Shown: positions 43,240 to 52,751 of the stretch, piece after piece
How positions within the stretch are numbered: position 1 is the first letter of the stretch
How the letters are laid out: the number at the start of each line of letters is the position of its first letter
Origin: an uncultured Bacteroidota bacterium
GTDB lineage: Bacteria > Bacteroidota > Bacteroidia > UKL13-3
DNA length: 64,000 nt
Direction: 5' to 3'
Assembly: GCA_903910445.1 (NCBI GenBank)
Contig: CAIVZR010000006.1
Span: forward strand, 2,127 to 66,126
Notes under the pieces: model-generated
Databases searched by the model: none
Told to the model about the DNA's origin: nothing
The model's input: the letters and a program-made list of their open reading frames with translations, nothing else
Made by a program: the position numbers and the translations under genes

Positions 43240-44793
43240 ATGCCAGTAAGAATGGAACAAGACGAGGACAATTCTCCTCAGGATAATTATGATGATAATA
43301 ACCGCGGAGGAGGTGGTGGTGGTGGCTTTCCAGGTGGTGGCATGATTTGGATGTTTCTGCCCTATTTAATGCGTAACCCAAAACTTCTCATCGTTGTTAT
43401 AATTATTGGTGGTATTTATTTTTTTAAAGGTGGATGTAATAATGCGGTTGCTCCCAACCAAGCAACTAAAAATGGATATGGTGTTGGTGCTGAATTAAAT
43501 CCTAAAGAATTTGATAAGGCAGAAGTATTCGCTGCCTTGAGCGATAAAGAAAAACTACCTGAAAGTGTTAGCTTACTAAAATTCGCTCCCGATCGCCAAA
43601 ATCAAGGCTCACAAGGGAGTTGCGTGGGATGGGGAAGCGCGTATGCAGCACGCACTATTTTGCAAGCAACTGCTACTGGTGAGGATCCAAATAAAATAGC
43701 CTTCAGTCCTTCATTTTTATACAACCAAATTAAATTAAACAACGATTGTGAAGGTTCATATATTCAGCGTGCTGCCGAGTACATGCAACAAAAAGGTGCC
43801 CTTCCTTTTGAGAAATTTGGATATAATGATCGCGATTGTAGCAAGCGTCCCGAAGCGTTTCAATTGGAAGAAGCCGATCAGTTTCGTATCAATGGTTATA
43901 ATCGTTTAACCAAAGATGGAGACGATCAAACGATTGATATGTTGGCCATCAAACAAAACCTGGCCAAGGGTGCACCCGTAATAATTGGTATGGCAGTAGG
44001 CGGTACCTTCATGCAAGAGATGATGGGTAAAAAAGTATGGCACCCCACAGAAGAGGATTTAAGTAAACAAGGATTTGGAGGCCATTGTATGTGTGTTATT
44101 GGTTATGACGATTATATGGAGAATGGTAGGGGTGGATTTCAAATTATGAATAGCTGGGGCCCTGAATGGGGCGATAATGGGGTGGCGTGGGTTTCTTATA
44201 AAGATTTCAGATACTTTGTAGTAGAAGCCTATGGTTTAGATCCTCTGATATCAAAATCGAATCCAAATAATACCAAGTTGGGAATCACTGTAGGGTTGGT
44301 AAGCAAGAATTTGAAAGGCTATTACGGACTGCAACATGAAGGAGATATTTTCCGCACAGCGCAAACCCTTTCAAAGAAAACTAAATTTAAAATTGAAGTC
44401 ACCAATACCATCGAATGCTATACCTATGTTTTAGGAAAAGATACCGATCAATCGAGTTATGTATTATTTCCATATACCGAGAAACATTCGGCCTATTGCG
44501 GCATCACTGGAACCCGCGTATTTCCTCGCGATTACAGCATGGTACTCGACGAAATTGGCAACCAGGATTATATCACCATCATTATTTCTAAAGAGCCATT
44601 GGATATAAAAGCAATCAATACTGCGATGAATACCAACAAGGCAGGCGATTATAAAAAACGTGTGGAAGTTGCTATCGGTAATCGATTATTGAAAGGACTA
44701 AACTTCACAGGTACCAACGGAAAGATTGCTTTCCAAACCGAAACAACGGAGAAAAATACTGTGGCGATGATTATTGAAATCAATAAGCAATAA
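43240..44793 (+). CDS. Membrane-anchored papain-like (C1 family) cysteine peptidase with poly-Gly N-terminal region
   Basis: Acidic N-terminus with a G7-FPGGG run, then a TM segment (LLIVVIIIGGIYFF). The catalytic motifs are QGSQGSCVGWGSAYA (Cys), GGHCMCVIGYDD (His) and NSWGPEWGDNGVAWVSY (Asn/Trp). A C-terminal region of about 170 aa has unknown function. Confidence 0.7.
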   Translation: MPVRMEQDEDNSPQDNYDDNNRGGGGGGGFPGGGMIWMFLPYLMRNPKLLIVVIIIGGIYFFKGGCNNAVAPNQATKNGYGVGAELNPKEFDKAEVFAALSDKEKLPESVSLLKFAPDRQNQGSQGSCVGWGSAYAARTILQATATGEDPNKIAFSPSFLYNQIKLNNDCEGSYIQRAAEYMQQKGALPFEKFGYNDRDCSKRPEAFQLEEADQFRINGYNRLTKDGDDQTIDMLAIKQNLAKGAPVIIGMAVGGTFMQEMMGKKVWHPTEEDLSKQGFGGHCMCVIGYDDYMENGRGGFQIMNSWGPEWGDNGVAWVSYKDFRYFVVEAYGLDPLISKSNPNNTKLGITVGLVSKNLKGYYGLQHEGDIFRTAQTLSKKTKFKIEVTNTIECYTYVLGKDTDQSSYVLFPYTEKHSAYCGITGTRVFPRDYSMVLDEIGNQDYITIIISKEPLDIKAINTAMNTNKAGDYKKRVEVAIGNRLLKGLNFTGTNGKIAFQTETTEKNTVAMIIEINKQ

Positions 44794-44810
44794 TATTTTT
44801 ATTGCTTATT
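44782..44810. terminator. AT-rich hairpin overlapping the peptidase stop codon (weak terminator candidate)
   Basis: aataagcaata-N7-tattgcttatt forms a perfect 11-bp inverted repeat. No clear T-tract follows. Confidence 0.25.
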
Positions 44811-45136
44811 AGAATTATATAACCTTTCCTCTTTATTCTATAACACTCCCATGGGATTTGTAATGCAACTTTGCATCCAAACCACAAACATTTCCAATGA
44901 AAGATACGGCATGAAAATGCATCTAGCGTTGTAAGCTAAGAAAAACCAGAACAATTTTCTCATTATGCCAAGGTGCGAACCGAATATGCTCCTTTTAGAC
45001 AAATACAAGTAAAGAATTTAGGTGGTGTGATGCCATGATCCGTGATGGTGATGATTGAGATACAAATTTCAATACATGTATCACTTGTAAAGAGGCAGCT
45101 GTCATAACTTTCAAAGATGCCTTCGACGAGTCATTT

Positions 45137-46975
45137 TCAGGACAACGGAGGTGTGAAATAATCTTTCACCAACTTGGCCTTCGCCTTTCCAATAATATTT
45201 TCGAGTAACTCCAAAGGAGCTTCCTTTATTTTCTTAACCGACTTCAGTTCTCGAAGCAATTGCTCTGCGGTTTCGGGTCCAATGCCTTTAATGGCTTCCA
45301 GTTCATTTTTGAGCGTTCCCTTATCCCTTCGATTACGATGATGTGTAATTCCAAATCGATGCACTTCATCACGCATTTGCTGGATGATTCGCAAGGTTTC
45401 ACTCTTCTTATCGATATATAATGGCAATGGATCTTCGGGATAATAAATCTCTTCCAATCGTTTGGCAATGCCTACCACTGCAATCTGACCATATAATCCC
45501 AAATCCTTCAAAGCCTGCATGGCGCTGCTTAATTGGCCTTTGCCCCCATCCACTACAATAAGTTGAGGAAAGGGTTCCTGCTCATCACGCAATCTGCGAT
45601 AACGTCGCTTAATGACCTCATACATGGTGGCAAAGTCATCGGGGCCTTCTACGGTTTGTACATTATAATGACGATAATCTTTTTTGCTTGGCTTCCCATC
45701 TCTAAAGCATACCATGGCACTTACCGGGTAGGCTCCTTGAAAATTGGAGTTATCAAAACATTCAATATGCCTTGGCAATTCTTTCAGGCGTAAATCGTCG
45801 CGCATGATGCCCAGCAACCGGTCTACACGTACTTCTGGATTAAGCTTTTCATATTGCTCTAGTCGGTCGCGCTTATAATACATCGCATTCTTTAAACTTA
45901 AATCGAGTAGCTTTTTCTTTTCACCAGCTTTAGGTATGAGTAATGTAAAAGATGGGTCGCTCAATTCTAAATCAATGGGCACGATAATTTCACGAGCATC
46001 ACTTTTATAAGTGCTTCGAATCTCTGCGATTGCCATCTCTAAAATCTCTGGACCACTTTCATCGAGCATCTTTTTATATTCAAGCGTCTTGGTTTGAATA
46101 ATCATTCCATTCACCACTTTGAGAAAATTCACAAATGCATATTTCTCATCCTCCGCAATACTAAATACATCTACATTGGTAATGCTATTGCTTACGATAG
46201 TTGATTTGCTTTGATAGTTTTCTAAAGTTTCCAATTTGTATTTCATTCGTGCTGCTTCCTCAAAATTCAAGGAAGTACTTGCAGCTACCATCTGTTGTTT
46301 CAATGAAGAAATTACACTACCAATATTCCCCTTTAAGATATCGCGTATTTGTGCAATGGCAATCATATACTCCTCCTCCGATTGGGCGCCAACACATGGG
46401 CCTTTACAATTACCAATATGATATTCCAAACAAACTTTAAACTTCTGGGCCTTGATATTCGCCTCGCTTAAAATCAAATTGCAATTACGTGTTGGAATGG
46501 TGGTACGAATCATATCCAATATGGTATGCATCATCGAGATATTGGCATACGGGCCAAAATATTCTGATCCATCCTTCACCCGATTGCGTGTAGGATAAAA
46601 CTTAGGGAAACGTTCGTTGGTTACTTTAATTGAGGGATAGGTTTTATCATCCTTCAGGTTGATATTAAATTTGGGTTGATGCTTCTTGATAAGGGAATTT
46701 TCCAAGAGCAATGCATCAATCTCACTATCCACAATGGTTATTTCAATATTCTCAATCTTAGTCACGAGCATGGCCGTCTTCCGATTGTCGTGAAGCTTAT
46801 TAAAATAACTGCTGACCCGCTTCTTCAAATTCTTTGCTTTCCCAATATAAATTATCTTATGCTCCCCATCGAAATACTTATATATACCCGGGTTGTCGGG
46901 TAAATTTTTTAGGATGGTTTGAAGATGTTCGGAACGCTCAGGTGTACTCAAGGTTGTAAAAGAAAATAAGGACAC
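45137..46975 (-). CDS. uvrC: Excinuclease ABC subunit C
   Basis: GIY-YIG N-terminus (PGIYKYFDGEHKIIYIGKAKNLKKRVSSYF), UvrBC-interaction region, RNase-H-like endonuclease domain and C-terminal HhH. The protein is 612 aa. Confidence 0.9.
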   Translation of the reverse strand: MSLFSFTTLSTPERSEHLQTILKNLPDNPGIYKYFDGEHKIIYIGKAKNLKKRVSSYFNKLHDNRKTAMLVTKIENIEITIVDSEIDALLLENSLIKKHQPKFNINLKDDKTYPSIKVTNERFPKFYPTRNRVKDGSEYFGPYANISMMHTILDMIRTTIPTRNCNLILSEANIKAQKFKVCLEYHIGNCKGPCVGAQSEEEYMIAIAQIRDILKGNIGSVISSLKQQMVAASTSLNFEEAARMKYKLETLENYQSKSTIVSNSITNVDVFSIAEDEKYAFVNFLKVVNGMIIQTKTLEYKKMLDESGPEILEMAIAEIRSTYKSDAREIIVPIDLELSDPSFTLLIPKAGEKKKLLDLSLKNAMYYKRDRLEQYEKLNPEVRVDRLLGIMRDDLRLKELPRHIECFDNSNFQGAYPVSAMVCFRDGKPSKKDYRHYNVQTVEGPDDFATMYEVIKRRYRRLRDEQEPFPQLIVVDGGKGQLSSAMQALKDLGLYGQIAVVGIAKRLEEIYYPEDPLPLYIDKKSETLRIIQQMRDEVHRFGITHHRNRRDKGTLKNELEAIKGIGPETAEQLLRELKSVKKIKEAPLELLENIIGKAKAKLVKDYFTPPLS

Positions 46976-47127
46976 GAAGATAAAAATAAAAGAGTTGGCG
47001 AAGGAGAATAAACCATGTTCAAATGGAACACCTAAAATTAAGTGATTGGTTTAAAGTAAGGCCCAGAAGAATATCAACACTTTGTTTCCTTACATCCAAA
47101 ATTTTCTATCTTTGAATCCCAACAATT

Positions 47128-47961
47128 ATGCAACGCATTTCCTATTCACAAGCATCCGAATACCTAGCTGCTACCCAACAAAGGCTCGCAGAGAAGGAGC
47201 TTGAGCATAATTTAATCCTTGGCATTTCGAACGCAATCGTCGCTTCGGGGGAAAGCAATCCGAACCATGTCTTTGTAAATATTATTAAAGACGAAAAAAT
47301 TTTGGCTTCTTCCATGAAGACGGCTTCAAGAGCCATTATTGCAAACTTTTCATCAGATGATGAAGCCGTTAAAATGCTAGCCGAATATTACCAGGAGGTT
47401 TCTATCGCCTTGGATGGTGTGGTTGGCGAGCAATCTATTGCAAAGGCTTTCTCAAAACATTATGGGAAAGAACAGATTGCAGAAACAGGACTATTGGTTC
47501 ATCAGTTACATTCTTTGAACTCCATTGAATTTGCACCTGGAAAGATGATGGTCGCTACGCAAGAGCATTTTAATTTTATATGTGGCTGGACACATAAATT
47601 CGAAAAAGATGCTTTGATTGACCCTCCTAAAAGCAAGGAAGAAATTGCCAGAAGCACCCAGCGCTGGATTGATGCTGGTCAAATATTTTTTTGGGTTATT
47701 GATGAAGTCATCGTAAGTATGGCCGCCATTGTAAGAACTACTGCCCATGTAGGAATCGTAGGCTTGGTTTATACCCCTGCTTCACTTCGTGGCAATGGTT
47801 ATGCCACAGCCTTAGTACATGCAGTTAGCGATGCCATCCTAAAACAAGGCTATGCATCCTGTGGTTTGTTTACTGAAAAATCAAATCCAACATCAAATAA
47901 AATTTATCATCGTATTGGTTACGTACCCATCGCCGAATTTTCGGAAATCACCTTCCTCTAA
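47128..47961 (+). CDS. GNAT family N-acetyltransferase
   Basis: C-terminal GNAT core (VGLVYTPASLRGNGYATALVHAVSDAI...). The protein is 277 aa. Confidence 0.6.
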   Translation: MQRISYSQASEYLAATQQRLAEKELEHNLILGISNAIVASGESNPNHVFVNIIKDEKILASSMKTASRAIIANFSSDDEAVKMLAEYYQEVSIALDGVVGEQSIAKAFSKHYGKEQIAETGLLVHQLHSLNSIEFAPGKMMVATQEHFNFICGWTHKFEKDALIDPPKSKEEIARSTQRWIDAGQIFFWVIDEVIVSMAAIVRTTAHVGIVGLVYTPASLRGNGYATALVHAVSDAILKQGYASCGLFTEKSNPTSNKIYHRIGYVPIAEFSEITFL

Positions 47962-48087
47962 TTTTTTTATCAGCTCAATATTAAGCTGCTATCTGGCATC
48001 TTAAAAAAAATTAAAATAAATTTTGCGCAACCAATTTATTGCATATATATTTGCAACCAATTAGTAGCACGTAATTATAATTTTAAT

Positions 48088-48402
48088 ATGAGAAGAGATG
48101 TATTTCAGGCCATAGCCGACCCCACCCGTCGCGCCATTCTTACTTTAATAGCCATGCAAGCCATGACGCCCAATGCCCTGGCTGAGCATTTCGACACCAG
48201 CAGGCAAGCGGTTTCCAAGCATATAAAAGTACTTACTGAATGTCAACTCGTAAAGCAAGAAGTTTCAGGGCGAGAAATTTATTATCATTTCAATCCAAAA
48301 AAAATGAAAGAGGTAGATCGATGGCTGGAGCCATTCAGAAATTTATGGGAAGATCGTTTCAACAAACTCGATATTGTATTAAACCAACTCAAAAAAAAGT
48401 AA
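48088..48402 (+). CDS. ArsR/SmtB family transcriptional regulator
   Basis: [17 protein letters not shown]...[26 protein letters not shown], the HTH_20 pattern. Confidence 0.85.
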   Translation: MRRDVFQAIADPTRRAILTLIAMQAMTPNALAEHFDTSRQAVSKHIKVLTECQLVKQEVSGREIYYHFNPKKMKEVDRWLEPFRNLWEDRFNKLDIVLNQLKKK

Positions 48403-48403
48403 T

Positions 48404-48892
48404 ATGACCACTCCAAATCCAACCCAAATTATTGCCGAGCCTGGCAAACAAGAAGTGACCATCATACGCGAATTCGATGCCCCACGCGAATTGGTGTTTC
48501 AGGCGCATAATGACGCGAAACTCTTAGCGCAATGGCTTGGGCCAAAAGATCTCACCATTGTATTCGATAAATTCAATCATGTATCTGGTGGCTCCTATCG
48601 ATACAAAGCCATTCGCAATGGAAAAGAAATTGCTGGCTTCAACGGTGCCATTCACGAAGTATGTGCGCCTGAGCGTATCATTCAAACTTTCGAATTCGAA
48701 GGCATCCCCGATCGCGGACATGTTTCATTAGATACCACCTTATTTGAGGAGTTGCCTAATCATCGTACCCGAGTTACCATTCACTCAGTATGTCGTTCAG
48801 TATCCGATCGCGATGCCATGATGGCAAGTAGTATGGAGCTCGGAGTAAATGAAGGATATGAAAAGCTAGATACCATTTTAAAAAATATTTAA
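48404..48892 (+). CDS. SRPBCC / AHSA1 (activator of Hsp90 ATPase-like) domain protein
   Basis: ITIIREFDAPRELVFQAHNDAKLLAQWLGPK and an overall AHSA1-like pattern. It starts 2 nt after the arsR stop. Confidence 0.75.
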   Translation: MTTPNPTQIIAEPGKQEVTIIREFDAPRELVFQAHNDAKLLAQWLGPKDLTIVFDKFNHVSGGSYRYKAIRNGKEIAGFNGAIHEVCAPERIIQTFEFEGIPDRGHVSLDTTLFEELPNHRTRVTIHSVCRSVSDRDAMMASSMELGVNEGYEKLDTILKNI

Positions 48893-48898
48893 GTAACC

Positions 48899-49375
48899 AT
48901 GAAAACCAATATAATTAAAGATCTTTCCAATAATCGATTACTAGTACAAAGAACATTTGACGCCCCTTTGGCAGATACCTGGCGTGCATTTACTGAAAGC
49001 GAATTTCTTGAGCAATGGTGGGCACCCAAGCCATATATCACCAAAACAAAAATCATGAACTTCGAAAAAGGAGGGCATTGGCTATACATGATGGAAGGAC
49101 CAACAGGCGACCAGCACTGGGCAATTGTTGAATTTATTACCATCAATGCCATGAATAACTTCGAAGCAATTGTTCACTTTTGTGATGCAGAAGGAAATAA
49201 GAATTTATCCCTTCCCGTATCAACCTGGCATTATCAATTCATTTCATCGGGCGAAACAACCAAAGTAGAGATAGCTCTTTCTTATAGCGATGAAGCACAA
49301 CTTCAAAGACATATTGAAATGGGTTTCGAGGCTGGATTCGATATGGCATTGAATACCTTGGAAGGGATTCTCTAA
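48899..49375 (+). CDS. SRPBCC / AHSA1 domain protein (second paralog)
   Basis: RLLVQRTFDAPLADTWRAFTESEFLEQWWAPKPY. Confidence 0.75.
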   Translation: MKTNIIKDLSNNRLLVQRTFDAPLADTWRAFTESEFLEQWWAPKPYITKTKIMNFEKGGHWLYMMEGPTGDQHWAIVEFITINAMNNFEAIVHFCDAEGNKNLSLPVSTWHYQFISSGETTKVEIALSYSDEAQLQRHIEMGFEAGFDMALNTLEGIL

Positions 49376-49393
49376 ATTTATTATATTTGTAGG

Positions 49394-49612
49394 ATGTCAT
49401 TTCAAGCCTACCTCGATAATATCAAAGCCAAGACTGGCAAGGATATCAACGATTTTAAAAAGATCGCCGAACAAAAAGGTTTTCTTCAAAAAGGAAAATT
49501 GAATTCTGAGGTTAAAGCAGGTACTATCGTGGCATGGCTCAAAGAGGACTTCGACCTGGGTCATGGGCATTGCATGGCCATCTTTGCAGCCTTCAAAGGG
49601 AAGAAAGAATAA
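49394..49612 (+). CDS. DUF4287 domain protein
   Basis: MSFQAYLDNIKAKTGKDINDF...AWLKEDFDLGHGHCMAI. This family is typically found with ArsR/SRPBCC genes. Confidence 0.65.
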   Translation: MSFQAYLDNIKAKTGKDINDFKKIAEQKGFLQKGKLNSEVKAGTIVAWLKEDFDLGHGHCMAIFAAFKGKKE

Positions 49613-49666
49613 TAGCATCTTCATAAAAATTTTCGAGAACATTTATATTTCTGTTACCTTCGAATC

Positions 49667-50152
49667 ATGGCAACATTATTCGAACGCATGATACAATTGG
49701 CTGATGAGGTATTTGAGGTAAAGCACGACCCCAACCAATTGGATGTGAATGAAGAGGTGATTCAACGCTTGTTTCAAATTCATCCCGCAACGGTTTCCGA
49801 GTATAATGAAGGCGAAGGACCGGCAGCATGGGTTCTTGTTTTCCCAACCACCTCCGCATTGATGCATTCATTTTTAAAAGGGGCGATTTCCGAAAAAGAA
49901 TTATTCGAACAAACTCCAATAGGTGCTAGCTATGATAGTATCTACCTTTGTTCGGCTTTGGTATTGGAGGAGTATCGCCGGCAAGGAATTGTAAAAAATC
50001 TAAGCACACTTTCTATTCAAAGTATTTGCAAAACAAATCAAATTAAGCAACTTTTTGTTTGGGCTTTTAGCACAGAAGGTGATGCGTGTGCAACACAAAT
50101 TGCAAAACTTACTTCCTTGCCTTTATTAAAAAGAGAAAATCCAAAGCACTAA
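49667..50152 (+). CDS. Hypothetical protein (possible acetyltransferase-like fold)
   Basis: 161-aa ORF with weak similarity to GNAT motif A (LEEYRRQGIV). Its stop overlaps the ATG of the PLD gene (TAATG). Confidence 0.4.
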   Translation: MATLFERMIQLADEVFEVKHDPNQLDVNEEVIQRLFQIHPATVSEYNEGEGPAAWVLVFPTTSALMHSFLKGAISEKELFEQTPIGASYDSIYLCSALVLEEYRRQGIVKNLSTLSIQSICKTNQIKQLFVWAFSTEGDACATQIAKLTSLPLLKRENPKH

Positions 50153-51681
50153 TGTCGAAATATTATTTCTTGTTGCTGATATTCCTAGCTGCCTGTGGAA
50201 CCAACCCAGGCGCCTTGCCCGAGCAACCCATCGACTTCTGCACCAATATTCATCGAAACGATTCGGTGAGTTTAACCAAGGAACTCGAGCCTTTTACGGA
50301 GCTGATGAAAACAAAAACGGGTGTTTATGTATTGGAAGATGGTGGCAATTCTATGATTGCACGTGCCTGGCTATCCGAGTATGCAGAGAAAACCATCGAT
50401 ATACAATACTTCATTTTCTCTACCGACAATGTAGGACTTATTGCCTGTGATTACCTTGTACGTGCCGCCGATAGAGGGGTTAAGGTGCGTATCCTCATCG
50501 ATGATATTATGGTTGAAGCAGGAATTCATGATTTGCTTACCTTAGATTCACATAAAAATATTGAAATCAAAATTTATAATCCTGGGGTGAACCTAGGTAA
50601 AAATATTTTCGGCAAACTAAAAAAATATGCCACCTCGTATAGCAATGCCAATCAGCGCATGCATAATAAAACATTTACCGTCGATGGAAAAGTAGTCATC
50701 ACTGGCGGTAGAAATATTGCCGATGAATATTTTGATTATGACCATGAATATAATTTTCGTGATCGTGATGTATTGCTGATTGGCAAGGCTACCGAATCGG
50801 TAAAAAATTCCTTTGAAAGTTTTTGGACCAGCTGGCTCGCGGTGGATGTGACGAAACTCATCTCGGAAGAAGAAGACCCACAAACAGATGACTCCACTCG
50901 TTTTGAGCGGTTGCATCGTTATGCATGTAATCCAGAAAATTTTTGGCCACAAGTTCGTAAACGAATTGAGACCTTGCCTGCTACCTTTTTGAAAATTCGT
51001 GAATCGGGCCAATTGCTCTGGCTAGATAGCGCAAACTTCGTATCAGATATTCCCGGAAAAAATGATGGAAGCAAAGGCCTCTATGGTGGTGGCGTATGCA
51101 CCGATGCATTGATTGCCCTCGTTAACAATGCACAAACTTCCATCGATATTCAATCACCTTATTTAATTACCACCGATTTGAGCAGGGCCCTTTTCAAAGC
51201 TGCAACACAGCGCGGTGTAAAAATCCGCATCCTCACCAATAGCCTCGCTTCAACCGATAACTTAGAAGCCTTTAGCGGTTATAAGCGCGATCGGAAGGCA
51301 CTTCTTGAAACAGGAGTGCGTATCTTTGAATTCAGGCCCGATGCTGCCGAACGATTTCGAATAATGACAGGAGCCTTGCAAGAGAAATTACACTATACTC
51401 CAATCTTTGGATTGCATGCCAAGTCGATGGTTATCGATGGTAAAATTACTGTGATTGGTACGTTTAACCTCGACCCACGCAGTGCTAACTTGAATACCGA
51501 ATGTTTAGCAGTAATCTATTCCAATGCCATTGCAGCCAGTGTGGGCCAGGGAATGGAGGAAGAATTCAAAGCCGAGAATTCCTGGGAAACTACCCTGGAT
51601 AAGAATCCCGACGAAGAAGCAGGGAAATTGAAACGGCTCAAAACAATGACTCGCAGGGTAGTTCCAAAAAATATTTTATAG
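50152..51681 (+). CDS. Phospholipase D / cardiolipin-synthase-like family lipoprotein (two HKD motifs)
   Basis: Lipoprotein signal MSKYYFLLLIFLAACG, using the internal Met of ORF 50086-51681. HKD-1 is HNKTFTVDGKVVITGGRNIADEY and HKD-2 is HAKSMVIDGKITVIGTFNLDPRS. Confidence 0.8.
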   Translation: MSKYYFLLLIFLAACGTNPGALPEQPIDFCTNIHRNDSVSLTKELEPFTELMKTKTGVYVLEDGGNSMIARAWLSEYAEKTIDIQYFIFSTDNVGLIACDYLVRAADRGVKVRILIDDIMVEAGIHDLLTLDSHKNIEIKIYNPGVNLGKNIFGKLKKYATSYSNANQRMHNKTFTVDGKVVITGGRNIADEYFDYDHEYNFRDRDVLLIGKATESVKNSFESFWTSWLAVDVTKLISEEEDPQTDDSTRFERLHRYACNPENFWPQVRKRIETLPATFLKIRESGQLLWLDSANFVSDIPGKNDGSKGLYGGGVCTDALIALVNNAQTSIDIQSPYLITTDLSRALFKAATQRGVKIRILTNSLASTDNLEAFSGYKRDRKALLETGVRIFEFRPDAAERFRIMTGALQEKLHYTPIFGLHAKSMVIDGKITVIGTFNLDPRSANLNTECLAVIYSNAIAASVGQGMEEEFKAENSWETTLDKNPDEEAGKLKRLKTMTRRVVPKNIL

Positions 51682-51752
51682 TCAGGTTATCAGCTACCTA
51701 CGCTGGCTTACCCGATTCTACTTACGATTGCTTATTTTCGCATTTTTATCCC

Positions 51753-52751
51753 ATGGAAAATCAATCGTATTCATTTAACTTTATCAATTTGCTTAAGTTT
51801 CTAGTTCGCTGGTACAAGCACCTATTTATCATCACACTTATTGCAGGCATCCTTACATTCATTGTGTGTAAGTTTGTTATTACCCCGCAATATCAAAGTA
51901 GCGTGGTATTTTACCCAAGTACGAATAACTCCATCTCCAATGCATTGCTTCCAGGTATTACTGGTAAAGAGCGCGATGTGCTTGCATTTGGAGCCGAAGA
52001 AGAAGCGGAGCAATTATTACAACTCCTCAAATCGGAGAAATTGAAATGGGATATTATCGGTCGATTCGATTTGATGAATCACTATAAACTTGATGCTTCC
52101 CAAAAAAATGTATATACCAAACTCAGTAAAGCATTCGATGCCAATGTAAGCTACCGACGCACAGAATATGCTTCTCTTGAAATTGGTGTAACTGATGAAG
52201 ACCCACAAATGGCTGCGAATATGGCCAATGGAATCGCCGATATGCTCGATACCGTAAAGATGAATATTCAACGCGAATGGGCTATAAAAGCTTTGAAGAT
52301 TGTTGAAGAACAATACGAAAACAAAAAGAAACAAATTCAAATCATACAAGATTCGTTGAAGTCGCTGGCAGCTTTGGGAGTATATAACTTCGAAGAGCAA
52401 AGCCGTGGATTGGCTGAGAAAGGCGCAAATGCCGACCCTCGCACCGTAGAAGCATTGCAAAAATATGGCGCCATTCAATTCTCATTCCAAGAGCGATTGA
52501 AACTCGAGAGCGAAGCCTTGGGTGATTTACAAACCAAATACGAAAAAGTAAAAATTGATGCCGAACAGTTCTTGCCATGTAAGTTCGTGGTAAATACCGC
52601 CGGCAAATCAGAAGAGAAAGTGTACCCTCGTACAATCATCACTACTTTGGCGATGATGATGACTACTTTCTTCATGTGTTTACTGGTTTTAATTGCCTTC
52701 GATTATTTCAAGAAAAATAATATCATCGCTCAGGTTAACGCCAATGAGTAA
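51753..52751 (+). CDS. Polysaccharide chain-length determinant (Wzz/PCP-like) protein
   Basis: N-terminal TM followed by ITPQYQSSVVFYPS (Wzz P.Y.S motif), a coiled-coil periplasmic region and a C-terminal TM (IITTLAMMMTTFFMCLLVLIAFDYF). Confidence 0.6.
   Translation: MENQSYSFNFINLLKFLVRWYKHLFIITLIAGILTFIVCKFVITPQYQSSVVFYPSTNNSISNALLPGITGKERDVLAFGAEEEAEQLLQLLKSEKLKWDIIGRFDLMNHYKLDASQKNVYTKLSKAFDANVSYRRTEYASLEIGVTDEDPQMAANMANGIADMLDTVKMNIQREWAIKALKIVEEQYENKKKQIQIIQDSLKSLAALGVYNFEEQSRGLAEKGANADPRTVEALQKYGAIQFSFQERLKLESEALGDLQTKYEKVKIDAEQFLPCKFVVNTAGKSEEKVYPRTIITTLAMMMTTFFMCLLVLIAFDYFKKNNIIAQVNANE

Noticed and set aside
39994-44793. Possibility that the SNF2 helicase, antitoxin-like ORF and peptidase form a phage-defence island
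   Set aside because: No methyltransferase, PglZ, nuclease or other defence-system partners are adjacent. SNF2 helicases of this architecture are often core genes in Bacteroidota. I kept it as a low-interest finding rather than a feature.
44794-45136. 343-bp non-coding gap between the convergent peptidase and uvrC genes, checked for tRNA or small RNA
   Set aside because: No cloverleaf-compatible acceptor/T-arm pairs or GTTCGA T-loop motifs were found. It has only an AT-rich hairpin at the peptidase stop and short GTGATG repeats. There is nothing I can support as an RNA gene.
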